NCBI GenBank assembly: GCA_902588595.1
Contig: CACIPT010000001.1
Coordinates: 11,948-75,947 of the forward strand
Length of the DNA stretch: 64,000 nt
Reading direction: 5' to 3'
From: an uncultured Pelagibacteraceae bacterium
Lineage (GTDB): Bacteria; Pseudomonadota; Alphaproteobacteria; Pelagibacterales; Pelagibacteraceae
Shown here: in pieces, positions 19,355 to 29,207 of the stretch
Numbering within the stretch: the stretch's first letter is position 1
Layout: each line of letters starts with the position of its first letter
Translations under genes and position numbers: made by a program
Notes under the pieces: generated by a model
Database searches by the model: none
What the model saw: the letters and a program-made list of their open reading frames with translations, nothing else
What the model was told of the DNA's origin: nothing

Positions 19355-20361
19355 AGTGTTTTTCCTTTAAAGATTCCTGAGGGCCTAAATAATAATACAA
19401 TTACTAAAATAGAAAATGAAACTGCAAACTTATAATCAGTTGATAATAACTGCATCATAGAGTTTGGTTCTAAAGCTTCTGGAAGTATGTATGTAAAAAA
19501 CTTTTTATAAGCGTAAGTTAAAAAAATTTCAGCAAATGCAATAACGTATCCACCTAAAAAAGCACCAAAAGGATTTCCTATTCCACCAACAATTGCTGCT
19601 GCAAATATTGGTAGCATGTTATTAAAATATACAAATGGTCTATAGCTCTTATCTAGTCCATATAAAATTCCACCTATTGTTGCCAGTATTCCAGCAATAA
19701 TCCAAGTAATTAATACAACTCTTTTTGGATCTATTCCTGATAATAGAGCCAAATCTTCATTGTCTGAATAAGCTCGCATACTTGTTCCAGTTTTAGTTCT
19801 GTTTAAAAACCAAAACATTATAGAAACTGCAATCATAGTAATAACTATTGTTATTGCTTGTGTTGATTTAATGGTTAATCCCTCATTTAATCCTGTCATT
19901 TCTTTAAATTCTGATGCTTTAAGAATAAATTTTTGACCATCAAGAAAAGTTCTATCTGCAGGTCCAATTATTATCCTTATAATTGCTTGTGTAACAAACA
20001 TTACTCCAACACTAACCATTGCTAGCTGAACTGGTGGGCTTTTTTTAATTCGATAATATTCAAACACAAATTTATCTATCGATAGCATGTACAAAATCAT
20101 CATAAAAGTTGCAAAAGGAATTGTAATTAAAGCTGTTGGAAATATTCCAAGATTTATGCCAAGTGATTGAAAATAATATGTAAGAAGAACTGCAAACATA
20201 GTTCCAAAAGACATCATGTCTCCAGTTGCAAAGTTTGCAAATCTTAGTATCCCATATATTAAAGTTACAAAAATTGCTCCAAGTGCTAATTGTGATCCAT
20301 AGGTTAAAGCAGGTATTATCGTATAATTTAACAATACTAAAATTGCATTTATAAAATCCAT
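19351..20361 (-). CDS. Branched-chain amino acid ABC permease (LivH-like)
   Basis: TLIYGILRFANFA, GTSMRAYSDNEDLALLSGI, AAIVGGIGNP, RPSGIF. Confidence 0.92.
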   Translation of the reverse strand: MDFINAILVLLNYTIIPALTYGSQLALGAIFVTLIYGILRFANFATGDMMSFGTMFAVLLTYYFQSLGINLGIFPTALITIPFATFMMILYMLSIDKFVFEYYRIKKSPPVQLAMVSVGVMFVTQAIIRIIIGPADRTFLDGQKFILKASEFKEMTGLNEGLTIKSTQAITIVITMIAVSIMFWFLNRTKTGTSMRAYSDNEDLALLSGIDPKRVVLITWIIAGILATIGGILYGLDKSYRPFVYFNNMLPIFAAAIVGGIGNPFGAFLGGYVIAFAEIFLTYAYKKFFTYILPEALEPNSMMQLLSTDYKFAVSFSILVIVLLFRPSGIFKGKTL

Positions 20362-21069
20362 TTAAGCTCCTAAAAATGACCTTCTAACTTCAGGATCATT
20401 AAGTAATTCATTTCCGGATCCCTCAAATTTATTTTCACCTGTAACCAAAACATATCCTCTATCAGAAATGCTCAATGCTTGTTTTGCATTTTGTTCAACC
20501 ATTATTATTGCTACATTCGTTTCTTTAACTTTAATTATATGATCAAAAAGTTCATCCATTACTATCGGAGAAACCCCTGCGGTTGGTTCATCTAACATTA
20601 AAACAGAAGGTCTAATCATTAATGCTCTACCAAGTGCAACTTGTTGTCTTTGTCCTCCTGATAATTGACCAACTTTTTGTGATCTCTTTTCATTTAAAAT
20701 AGGAAATAATTCATAAATTTCTTCAATAACTTTATTAATGTCATCGCTTCGTAAAAAAGCTCCGACTTCTAAATTTTCTCTTACAGTTAAATCAGCAAAA
20801 ACATTTCTAGTTTGTGGAACAAATGATATGCCAGCTTTAACTCTATCTTGTGGAGATAAACTAGAAATATTTTTTCCATCCATTAAAACAGATCCTGATT
20901 TTAGATTGAGTAATCCTAGCATAGCTTTCATTGCTGTGGATTTACCAGCACCATTAGGACCAAGTATTGCAACTATCTCTCCCTTGTCTGCATTGATTGA
21001 ACATGAATTTATAATATCCGGTCCACTACCGTACCCTGCGGTCATTTTATTGCCTTCAAAAAAAGCCAT
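20362..21069 (-). CDS. ABC transporter ATP-binding protein (LivF-like)
   Basis: GPNGAGKST, LSGGQRQ, LDEPTAG, VEQNA. Confidence 0.95.
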   Translation of the reverse strand: MAFFEGNKMTAGYGSGPDIINSCSINADKGEIVAILGPNGAGKSTAMKAMLGLLNLKSGSVLMDGKNISSLSPQDRVKAGISFVPQTRNVFADLTVRENLEVGAFLRSDDINKVIEEIYELFPILNEKRSQKVGQLSGGQRQQVALGRALMIRPSVLMLDEPTAGVSPIVMDELFDHIIKVKETNVAIIMVEQNAKQALSISDRGYVLVTGENKFEGSGNELLNDPEVRRSFLGA

Positions 21070-21866
21070 TAGTTTTTTTCTCCTGTATTTGTACTTCCGC
21101 GGCCTAAATAACTTTCAATAACTTTTTCATTTTTCTTAACTTCTTCTGGGGTTCCTTCAAATAATACTGAGCCTTCAGCCATAACAATTACTGGATCGCA
21201 CATTCTGCTTATGAAATCCATATCATGTTCAATCATACAAAATGTATAACCTTTTTCTTTATTTAATCTTAAAATAGCAGTTCCTATATCTTTTAATAAA
21301 GTTCTGTTAACTCCTGCTCCAACTTCATCAAGCAAAACTATCTTTGCATCCACCATCATTGTTCTTCCAAGTTCGAGTAATTTTTTTTGGCCACCTGACA
21401 AATTTCCAGCCAATTCGTTTGATAAATGTTTTAAATTTAAAAAATCTATAACCTCATAAGCTTTCTGTTTTACTGTTTTTTCTTCTTCTTTGACTAATTT
21501 TGGTTTTAATAATGCTGTCATTAGCTTTTCACCAGATTGATTACCTGGAACCATCATTAAATTTTCTAAAACAGTTAAATTTGTAAATTCATGAGCAATT
21601 TGAAAGGTTCTAAGTATACCTTTTGAAAATAGCTCATAAGATGGGATTGAAGTAATATCTTCGTTATTAAACATTACTTTTCCTGAGCTAGGTTTTAGAT
21701 TGCCAGCTATTAAATTAAATAGGGTTGTTTTGCCTGATCCATTTGGTCCAATTATACCAGTTATTGAGCCTTTTTTAATTTTTAAAGAGCAACTTGATAC
21801 CGCTGCTAACCCTCCAAAATATTTTGAAAGATTATGTATTTGCAGAATATTTGTATCTAACTGCAT
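21069..21866 (-). CDS. ABC transporter ATP-binding protein (LivG-like)
   Basis: FGGLAAV, GPNGSGKTT, LSGGQKKLLELGR, IEHDM. Confidence 0.95.
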   Translation of the reverse strand: MQLDTNILQIHNLSKYFGGLAAVSSCSLKIKKGSITGIIGPNGSGKTTLFNLIAGNLKPSSGKVMFNNEDITSIPSYELFSKGILRTFQIAHEFTNLTVLENLMMVPGNQSGEKLMTALLKPKLVKEEEKTVKQKAYEVIDFLNLKHLSNELAGNLSGGQKKLLELGRTMMVDAKIVLLDEVGAGVNRTLLKDIGTAILRLNKEKGYTFCMIEHDMDFISRMCDPVIVMAEGSVLFEGTPEEVKKNEKVIESYLGRGSTNTGEKN

Positions 21867-21872
21867 TAAAAA

Positions 21873-22643
21873 TTATACTTTGTTTAATCTTTTAAGAATA
21901 CTATTTAATGTTTTTTCTGTTGATCTGTAAAAACCAGCTTTTCTTAGCTCTTTAACCCCTTGTTCGTTAAGTCCTCTGGGTGTTTGAGATTCTTTTACTA
22001 AATATTTTAAATTTTTATTAGAATTAACAACTGCATCTTCAGATAATGCTAAAAAAAGTGAAGTAACATATTTCTGCGCTTTATCTCTTTTAACGCCATG
22101 TTTAACTAACCAATTAGACATGGTACTCAATAATTCATAAAATGGTGCCATCATCCCAGAAGTTGACCAAAAGTTTTTTGACAATTTTTCATTACTAATT
22201 TCTACAGTTGTTCCAAGTTTATCAAAAAAAATTTTAACTTGCTTGTTTGGCGGAAATAATGGAACTGGACCTTTTCTTAGTGAAATTGGAGGAAGAGGTA
22301 CTGCTCTTGTAATTGTTGCTTTTACTTTAATAGCTTTTTTAAGTTGAGACAAAGTCATTGTTGAAATAAAGCTAACAATTGTTTGACTCGATTTAAATTT
22401 TAAATTTTTAATGATTTTTTGACCTACTGGAGGTGTAACAGCTAAAAAAACCCAATTACATGAATTAACTATTTCCTGATTATTTTTTGCGATAGAAACT
22501 TTTCTAAATTGTCTTTTTAGTTTCTTTGCTACATTTTTGTTTCTAGGTGACAATATTATCTTTTTAAAAGATATTTTAGATTTACATATTCCTGTAACAA
22601 CAGATGAAGTTATTTTACCCGTCCCTATAAATCCTAATTTCAT
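21873..22643 (-). CDS. Pyrroline-5-carboxylate reductase family protein (ProC-like)
   Basis: LGFIGTGKI, SPRN, VFLAVTP, RAVPLPP, QTPRGLNEQG. Confidence 0.8.
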   Translation of the reverse strand: MKLGFIGTGKITSSVVTGICKSKISFKKIILSPRNKNVAKKLKRQFRKVSIAKNNQEIVNSCNWVFLAVTPPVGQKIIKNLKFKSSQTIVSFISTMTLSQLKKAIKVKATITRAVPLPPISLRKGPVPLFPPNKQVKIFFDKLGTTVEISNEKLSKNFWSTSGMMAPFYELLSTMSNWLVKHGVKRDKAQKYVTSLFLALSEDAVVNSNKNLKYLVKESQTPRGLNEQGVKELRKAGFYRSTEKTLNSILKRLNKV

Positions 22644-22693
22644 ATTTGGTTACAATATTCTCAAATGTTGCAAATAACCATATTTAATTAGAT

Positions 22694-22726
22694 AAAAAAA
22701 AGGCCAGCAATAAATGCTGGCCTTTT
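22694..22726 (-). terminator. Intrinsic terminator of the outer-membrane protein gene
   Basis: AAAAGGCCAGCA-ATAAA-TGCTGGCCTTTT with A-run at 22694-22701. Confidence 0.8.
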
Positions 22727-22750
22727 AAAATTGTCTTTAATATTTAATAA

Positions 22751-23425
22751 TTAGAATGTTTTTCCAATTCTAAATGAAGCTGTAGCACCCCAAACATCTG
22801 ATATAACAACTTTTTTAGTTGAATCAGTTGTGTTTTTTGCTGTTACATCATCCATATCAGATCCTAGAACTTCTGCTCTAACAAAAAATCCATTATCAAG
22901 ATCCACGTTGTAACCTATTCCTGCAATCATACCGTCTATTTCAGTGTTGTTATAAGAACCGCCAGTTCCTAAATTTTCTTTTGTCTCAACATCCGCTGAA
23001 AGATAACCAGCTTTAAGGTATAACCCGTCTACAGGTCCCATTGCTGGAACACTTAAGTTTGCGTAAATAGTCGTCATGTTTTGAAATGATACCATGGCTT
23101 TGTTTGTTACTGAAGAAGATGAGTTGTCTCCACCCAAATCTTCATATACTGAAATCTTCTCAGGTGAATCTAAATCAGTTGGATTATATTCTATTCCAAC
23201 AGCAATCGCCCCCATTGATACTTCTCCAAATACCGCAACGTGAGATGTTTCCATTCCACCATACTCTTTTGTGATTTGCGTACTGTTTGTCTCTGTACCT
23301 GCAGCTGCATAAAATCCGTAATTTCCTGCAACTCCAACGGATAACGATAAGTCATTAGCTGATGACATGTTTGTTAAACCGCAATAAAACAAAAAAACAA
23401 GTAGTGTTTTTAATATCTTGTTCAT
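22751..23425 (-). CDS. Outer-membrane beta-barrel protein
   Basis: Signal peptide, alternating beta-strand pattern (GLYLKAG, GIGYN, FFVRAE), C-terminal Phe (FRIGKTF). Confidence 0.75.
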   Translation of the reverse strand: MNKILKTLLVFLFYCGLTNMSSANDLSLSVGVAGNYGFYAAAGTETNSTQITKEYGGMETSHVAVFGEVSMGAIAVGIEYNPTDLDSPEKISVYEDLGGDNSSSSVTNKAMVSFQNMTTIYANLSVPAMGPVDGLYLKAGYLSADVETKENLGTGGSYNNTEIDGMIAGIGYNVDLDNGFFVRAEVLGSDMDDVTAKNTTDSTKKVVISDVWGATASFRIGKTF

Positions 23426-23530
23426 AATATTATGTCCTTATTTAATTTTTTATAAAAAATCTTTGTTTTAATAGCATTTAAAATGTTCCAATAAAACAAA
23501 TCATATCAAGCATTTATAGAATAATAGACC

Positions 23531-23550
23531 TTGTTGCAATTTTACAACAA
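23531..23550. promoter_or_regulatory. Palindromic candidate transcription-factor site upstream of the OMP gene
   Basis: TTGTTG-CAATTTTA-CAACAA dyad about 105 bp upstream of the start codon. Confidence 0.35.
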
Positions 23551-23664
23551 AAAAGTCCTTATAATTAAAGCTTTTTTAAACATCCAGTGGTTGTAGAGAA
23601 GTTCTTATTTTTTCATTATTTTGCACTAAATTACATCGAATCTTAGTTAAGTGTTAATTTTTTT

Positions 23665-24576
23665 TTAAAATTTTCCTCTAATTCGTAATAACTCTCTAAA
23701 TAAATTTTTGTTTTTTTTAAAAGGTTTTCTTCCATGCAGCCAAAAATGATTGTTAGCCACTATAGATGAACCTATTGGAAGTTCTGTAGTTATTTTATTG
23801 TCACTTTCCTCTAAAGCGTCAGATAGACTTTGGAGAAACGTTCCTTGTTCAATATTTTGCGGTTCGGGGAATTGATCAATATAAGAAATATTTGTACCTC
23901 CATTTTCTTCTTTTGTAAAAACAGGATGTTCAACTTTATAATCTACATTTTTACTTTTTGGAGATCTCCAAATAAAATTTTGTCTACCTGCAGGATTCTC
24001 AGATAATTCTTTTAAATTTTCCAAATCATCTAAATGTAACAAAGCAGCCTCTCCTCCTTTGGCATTTTTTTCTTCAATTTTGGTCATTAAAATCCAATCG
24101 GTATTTTCATTAACATATGTTCCGTCTGTATGAAGATCCATGTTTATATATGGTTTCCTTAAATATGAGTCGCTATTATCTTCATGTTTAACAATAAATC
24201 TTGCATAATATTTTCCTGTCATTGAATCGTGATTTGGAATTCCAATTAAATGGGTTATTGCGGTTGAAAGTTTTACTAAGAACTCGTCATCTATTTTTTT
24301 ATTTTGATTATTTGTCTTTAATATAAAACACCCTGTAGTTCTATCTTTTAAAATTGAATTAATTAATTTGCTTAGTTTGTTTTGAGTTAAATCATCTAGA
24401 TTCTTTGCCAAAGTAAATCTTGTGAAAGGCTTATATTCTAATGCTGTAATGTCAAATCTTTTAAATGGAAAAATTAACTTTTCGATAAACTCATCTTTTA
24501 GATATATATCTAAAATTCTATTTGATTTATTATTTGTTGAAATTTCAAATCCTTCAATTTTATTTTGGTTATTCAT
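23665..24576 (-). CDS. csiD: Glutarate 2-hydroxylase, Fe(II)/2-oxoglutarate dioxygenase (CsiD/GlaH)
   Basis: ALEYKPFxRF, GKYYARF, DNSDSYLR, HxD motif LHTDGTYV, LLHLDD, NNHFWLHGR, RELLRIRG. Confidence 0.88.
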   Translation of the reverse strand: MNNQNKIEGFEISTNNKSNRILDIYLKDEFIEKLIFPFKRFDITALEYKPFTRFTLAKNLDDLTQNKLSKLINSILKDRTTGCFILKTNNQNKKIDDEFLVKLSTAITHLIGIPNHDSMTGKYYARFIVKHEDNSDSYLRKPYINMDLHTDGTYVNENTDWILMTKIEEKNAKGGEAALLHLDDLENLKELSENPAGRQNFIWRSPKSKNVDYKVEHPVFTKEENGGTNISYIDQFPEPQNIEQGTFLQSLSDALEESDNKITTELPIGSSIVANNHFWLHGRKPFKKNKNLFRELLRIRGKF

Positions 24577-24585
24577 GAAATTTAT

Positions 24586-25728
24586 TTATTTTAATAAAGT
24601 TGAAGTAAAAAATTCTCTTACAAGTTTTTCGTTCTCCTGTGACGCTGTTTTATTATATTTTATTGTTTGTGATTTACTTACACAGCTTTTATCGTATTGG
24701 AACTGTGGAAGTCTCCAACCCATTTTGTGTCGCATTTTAAGTCTTTTAAATATTTTTTTTTTATCTTTATCGGTAGCACTTGCATACCATTCATTAAAAC
24801 CAATCTGCGATAATATTGCTACGTCATCTTGAGCCATTTCTGCTACAGGTAATGAATGATTTTCTTCGTAATAACATCTTCCATCGTTATGACCTTTAAT
24901 TTTCATAGATTTTTTTCCTGAAATTGTTGCTTCAAAACTATGGTGTGTATCTGCATAGACTTTAATATCTACATCTTTTCCTTTTGCTTTAAGACGTGAA
25001 ACATAATTTACACATGAATCAACTGGAAAATATGTATCCAACTCTCCTACATGAATACGAATGGGCGTGTCTGTTATTTCATCATCATCTTTGAATGTAG
25101 CATTACATGGTGGATACATTGGAACACTTGCTGCAAAATCCATACCTGGCGTTCCCCACATTTTTTGAAATCTTTTTACATTTAAATACAAACATCCTCT
25201 GGCTCCGAGTGACATGCCTACACATCCAATATTTTTTGAATCAATACGAGGATGATTTGATAAAACTTTTAATGCACCGTAAGCATCTATAACCCTATTC
25301 ATGCCTCGATTTACAGCAGCACACCAAGGAATTGCTTTTTTAAAATTATTATCTTTTTTACATTTACGTCTTGCCCAGTTGCTATCAACCATAAATGTAG
25401 CTATTCCCATGCTGTTTATTACTTTTATCCAGTGTTCTTCAGCATCGTTAATTCCACCCATACCATGCAATATAACAACTGCAGGAACATTTATATCTGC
25501 TGCATTAGCTGGAAAATTTAATGTTCCCCAAATTGTTATTTCTCTATTTGGTTTTTTTCCTAGTAAAAAATCTCTGATAGTTAATGTAGGTAAAGATGGA
25601 AACTCAATCTTTTCTCCCTTGCCTTTCCATTCTTTAGCTTTAGGTGGTCCACTCTTTTCTTGAGCTATTGATAGTAAGCTGGATATTAATAAAAAAATGA
25701 TAGCAAAAATAAAAACACGCAATTTCAT
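24586..25728 (-). CDS. Secreted dienelactone-hydrolase-family alpha/beta hydrolase
   Basis: Signal peptide; ILHGMGG, HPRIDSKNIGCVGMSLGA (GxSxG), GELDTY, THHSFE. Confidence 0.8.
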   Translation of the reverse strand: MKLRVFIFAIIFLLISSLLSIAQEKSGPPKAKEWKGKGEKIEFPSLPTLTIRDFLLGKKPNREITIWGTLNFPANAADINVPAVVILHGMGGINDAEEHWIKVINSMGIATFMVDSNWARRKCKKDNNFKKAIPWCAAVNRGMNRVIDAYGALKVLSNHPRIDSKNIGCVGMSLGARGCLYLNVKRFQKMWGTPGMDFAASVPMYPPCNATFKDDDEITDTPIRIHVGELDTYFPVDSCVNYVSRLKAKGKDVDIKVYADTHHSFEATISGKKSMKIKGHNDGRCYYEENHSLPVAEMAQDDVAILSQIGFNEWYASATDKDKKKIFKRLKMRHKMGWRLPQFQYDKSCVSKSQTIKYNKTASQENEKLVREFFTSTLLK

Positions 25729-26513
25729 TATCCTCCAAGGAATAGTCTACCAACATCTGGGTTATTGAGCAAATCGTCTCCTTTGCCAGCTATTGCTGTT
25801 TCTCCTGAAACTAGAACGTAACCAATATCAGCAAATTGTAGACCTTTTTTAGCATTCTGTTCAACAAGAATAATTGTTTTTTTTTCATTTTTCTGAAGAT
25901 CTTCAAGAATTTCAAAAACCATATCTATGTACTTCGGTTCCAGTCCAATTGATGGCTCGTCAACTAATAAAACAGAAGGCTTCATTACTAAAGCTCTTGA
26001 TATCTCTAATAGCCTTCTTTCACCACCTGAAAGAACCTTTGCAGGTTGACTTCTTCTGTTTCTAAGTCTCTCGTATTTTTCAAAAATTTTTTCAGCTTCT
26101 TCATATGATTGATCCACATTATCTTTTATATAACCGCCCATTAATAAATTTTCCTCAACTGTCATATCTGGAAAAACGGAATTATCTTGAAGAATGTATG
26201 CAATACCCACATTTTTTAATTTTTCTGCAGGACTTAATTTAGTAATATCCTTTCCATCAATTTCAATTTTCCCTGAAAATATATTTGTAAAACCATAAAT
26301 AGAATGAAGTATCGTCGATTTGCCTGCACCATTAGGTCCAATTAAACATAAAGATTCAGCTTTGCTTACGAACAAATCTAAATCATGAAGTATTTCCATT
26401 TTTCCATAACCAGCTGACAAATTTTTTATTGTCAAATGAATGTTATCAGAAGAAAGTTTCTTCAAGTCTTCAGCACCTGGTGCTTTTCCTAATACTTCAT
26501 ATTGATTAGTCAT
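25728..26513 (-). CDS. ABC transporter ATP-binding protein (LivF-like)
   Basis: GPNGAGKST, LSGGERR, VDEPSIGL, VEQNA. Confidence 0.95.
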   Translation of the reverse strand: MTNQYEVLGKAPGAEDLKKLSSDNIHLTIKNLSAGYGKMEILHDLDLFVSKAESLCLIGPNGAGKSTILHSIYGFTNIFSGKIEIDGKDITKLSPAEKLKNVGIAYILQDNSVFPDMTVEENLLMGGYIKDNVDQSYEEAEKIFEKYERLRNRRSQPAKVLSGGERRLLEISRALVMKPSVLLVDEPSIGLEPKYIDMVFEILEDLQKNEKKTIILVEQNAKKGLQFADIGYVLVSGETAIAGKGDDLLNNPDVGRLFLGG

Positions 26514-27253
26514 TATTGTGCTCCAAGATAAGCGTCAATAACACGTTTATCATTTTTAATTTCATCTGGCTTACCGTTCGCTAACATTTGACCATGAGCT
26601 AAACAAAAAATACTCTCTGCTAATTGCATAATTACTCTCATATTATGCTCAATTACAAATAACGTAATTCCAAAATCTTGATTAACTTTTATAAGTCTAT
26701 CGATAATTCCATTTATTAATGTAGGATTTATGCCTGCTGTTGGCTCATCTAACAACAGCATTTCTGGTTCATTCATTAATGCCATTGCAAGTTCTAATAA
26801 CTTTTGTTGACCAAAAGATAAGTCTCCTGCTCTTAATTTCCTTTTCTGATATAATCCAACAAAGCTTAATAAGTTTTCAGCTTTTTCTGTTAAATTTTTA
26901 GGTATTTGAGAAAATATTTTGACCAAACTCTCGTCGCTTGCCTTATGACTAATAAGCATGTTTTCTACACAATTTAATTTTCCATATATTCTTGTTTGCT
27001 GAAATGTTCTAAGCAATCCTAGTTTTGCTATTACTGGAACAGGTAATTCTGAAATTTCTTTGTCATTAAATTTAATTGAACCTTGATCTATAGGGTAAGT
27101 GCCAACAATAGAGTTAAACAAAGTTGTTTTTCCAGATCCATTAGGACCAATTAAACCAACAATTTTTCCTTTATCAACGGACATGGAAATATCAACATTT
27201 GCTTTTACACCTCCAAATGATTTGCTTACGTTGTTTACCTCTAGAATACTCAT
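26513..27253 (-). CDS. ABC transporter ATP-binding protein (LivG-like)
   Basis: FGGVKA, GPNGSGKTT, LSFGQQKLLE, LDEPTAG, IEHNM, VIDAYLG. Confidence 0.95.
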   Translation of the reverse strand: MSILEVNNVSKSFGGVKANVDISMSVDKGKIVGLIGPNGSGKTTLFNSIVGTYPIDQGSIKFNDKEISELPVPVIAKLGLLRTFQQTRIYGKLNCVENMLISHKASDESLVKIFSQIPKNLTEKAENLLSFVGLYQKRKLRAGDLSFGQQKLLELAMALMNEPEMLLLDEPTAGINPTLINGIIDRLIKVNQDFGITLFVIEHNMRVIMQLAESIFCLAHGQMLANGKPDEIKNDKRVIDAYLGAQ

Positions 27254-28299
27254 TTGAGTTCCACCTGTGCCTTTCGATCTGCCTCATCAACTACTTCACC
27301 AAATCTCTCAGGATATTTTTCTCTTAGCCAACCCATAATTCCTTCTGGAAAATAAATTACAATTACAACAATCAAAACTCCAAGAGCAACATACTGCCAT
27401 CCAAGAAAGAAAGTCCAAAAACCTTCTTTAAATATATGAAATACACTTGCTCCAATAACCGGTCCCCACAAAGTTCCTTTGCCACCTAGTATTGCCATTA
27501 AAACCATGAATACTCCCATCTCTCTTCCGTCAAATGCAACATCAGTGGAGTCTATATATCCAACAAGACCTCCCATTATTCCGCCTGCAAGACCACAGAA
27601 AAATGCTGAGATCATCCATCCAATAATTTTATATTTCATTGTTTGAATTCCCATAGCTTCAGCTTTGTCTTCATTGTCTCTTATTGCATTGAGGACTAAT
27701 TTAAATCTAGTTGAGTAAATGGATTTGACTACAATAAATGTGAGCACAAGCGAAACAAAACTACAAAAATAAAAAAATTCTCCTCTTGCTTCTAACCCCC
27801 CAAAATTTGGAAATGGTGGGGTTGTAAAACCTTGTCCTGCTCCAATGATTTCTATTCCACCTGAAATTTCACCAGCAGCAACACCTAAACCCAATGTACA
27901 AATTGCAAAATAATGGCCTCTTAATCCTAGAATTGAATACCCTATTAATCCGGCAACTATCGCCGGTACAACTGCGGCAACAGCTAAACCTACGCCAAAA
28001 CCTTGAAAAAACTGGGCAGGTGTATGAACAAATGTTTTTTCTCCACCACTTTCAGTCCATTCAGCTAAAGGGAAAAACATTCCCACCTGGACAGATGCAC
28101 AAAGATACATACCCAATCCATAAAATAAAATATTACCAAACGAATTATATCCCATCTCACCACCTTGAATATTCCAAGTTATTGCTAAAATTATTAAAAC
28201 ACAAAGTATTGATAGTTGAACTTTAAATGCTGGAAATATAAATGGTGCAGCTACTCCAAAAATTAAAATTGTTATGTATAAAATTAAGTTTTTATTCAT
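27250..28299 (-). CDS. Branched-chain amino acid ABC permease (LivM-like)
   Basis: WNIQGGEMGYNSFG, LRGHYFAICTL, AIRDNEDKAEAMGI, ILGGKGTLWGP. Confidence 0.92.
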   Translation of the reverse strand: MNKNLILYITILIFGVAAPFIFPAFKVQLSILCVLIILAITWNIQGGEMGYNSFGNILFYGLGMYLCASVQVGMFFPLAEWTESGGEKTFVHTPAQFFQGFGVGLAVAAVVPAIVAGLIGYSILGLRGHYFAICTLGLGVAAGEISGGIEIIGAGQGFTTPPFPNFGGLEARGEFFYFCSFVSLVLTFIVVKSIYSTRFKLVLNAIRDNEDKAEAMGIQTMKYKIIGWMISAFFCGLAGGIMGGLVGYIDSTDVAFDGREMGVFMVLMAILGGKGTLWGPVIGASVFHIFKEGFWTFFLGWQYVALGVLIVVIVIYFPEGIMGWLREKYPERFGEVVDEADRKAQVELK

Positions 28300-29207
28300 T
28301 AAAATAGACTTTCTATATACTTAAAGATATTTTTGTTGTTTGCTTCATAATCTGCATAACATTTAGTTAGTGCTATACCATGATAAGTTTTTGCGGGTTC
28401 TGCTTTTTTACATCCTGATTGAGTTAAATTTAAAAATTTAACTGAATTTAAATTTGAAAATAATGAATAATCTTTTGGAGAATTATATTCATCTTTATCA
28501 TGTGTTACAATAATTGCATTTAGTTTTGATAAATCTTCAACAAAACCATAATATCTTACGTCTTCCCACCAAGGCCAATCTTTTCTATTTTTAACTGTAC
28601 CACCAGCTCCTGGGTGAAGACCTATAACGCCTTTTGCTAGTTCAGGAAATTCTGCTTTTATTTTAATTGATTGCCAACCACCAGAGGAGTGACCTGCAAG
28701 AATAATGTTTTCGAATCCTTCTTCTATAAAGCTATCAACTTTTTCTTTAATAACTCTTCGTCTTTGATTTTGTTTTTGTTTATTAATTAAAGGAGTTCCA
28801 TCTTTATCTTTTAATTCTATTGCTAGTTTTCCTGATTTTTCATGGGCTTTCCACATTTTTGTTTGTTCTTTTTTTGACCACCCTTTTGCACCTGTACAAA
28901 GACGATAGATTTTTATATTAAAATTTTTTATTTTTTTATCATGCAGGTATCTTATAACTCTAGGAACATTGTTCGAAGGATTTGTGCACTTGTCAGTCAC
29001 CTGATCATAATCAGAACCATGATTATAAATAATTAAAATAGTATTTTTTTTATCAGTTATTTGATCTTTAGAATAAATTTTTCCTTTAGTATCAACAAAA
29101 CCATTGTTTTTTGAAATTTTTTTTAATTCTTTATCAAATTTCGACTCTGGGTAAGCATTGTTTGAAATTACTAAAAAAAACAAAAATATTATAATTTTTT
29201 TCATCAT
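28299..29207 (-). CDS. Secreted alpha/beta hydrolase-fold protein inserted in the ABC operon
   Basis: Signal peptide; IYNHGS, AGHSSGG (GxSxG), HDKD, TYHG. Confidence 0.7.
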   Translation of the reverse strand: MMKKIIIFLFFLVISNNAYPESKFDKELKKISKNNGFVDTKGKIYSKDQITDKKNTILIIYNHGSDYDQVTDKCTNPSNNVPRVIRYLHDKKIKNFNIKIYRLCTGAKGWSKKEQTKMWKAHEKSGKLAIELKDKDGTPLINKQKQNQRRRVIKEKVDSFIEEGFENIILAGHSSGGWQSIKIKAEFPELAKGVIGLHPGAGGTVKNRKDWPWWEDVRYYGFVEDLSKLNAIIVTHDKDEYNSPKDYSLFSNLNSVKFLNLTQSGCKKAEPAKTYHGIALTKCYADYEANNKNIFKYIESLF

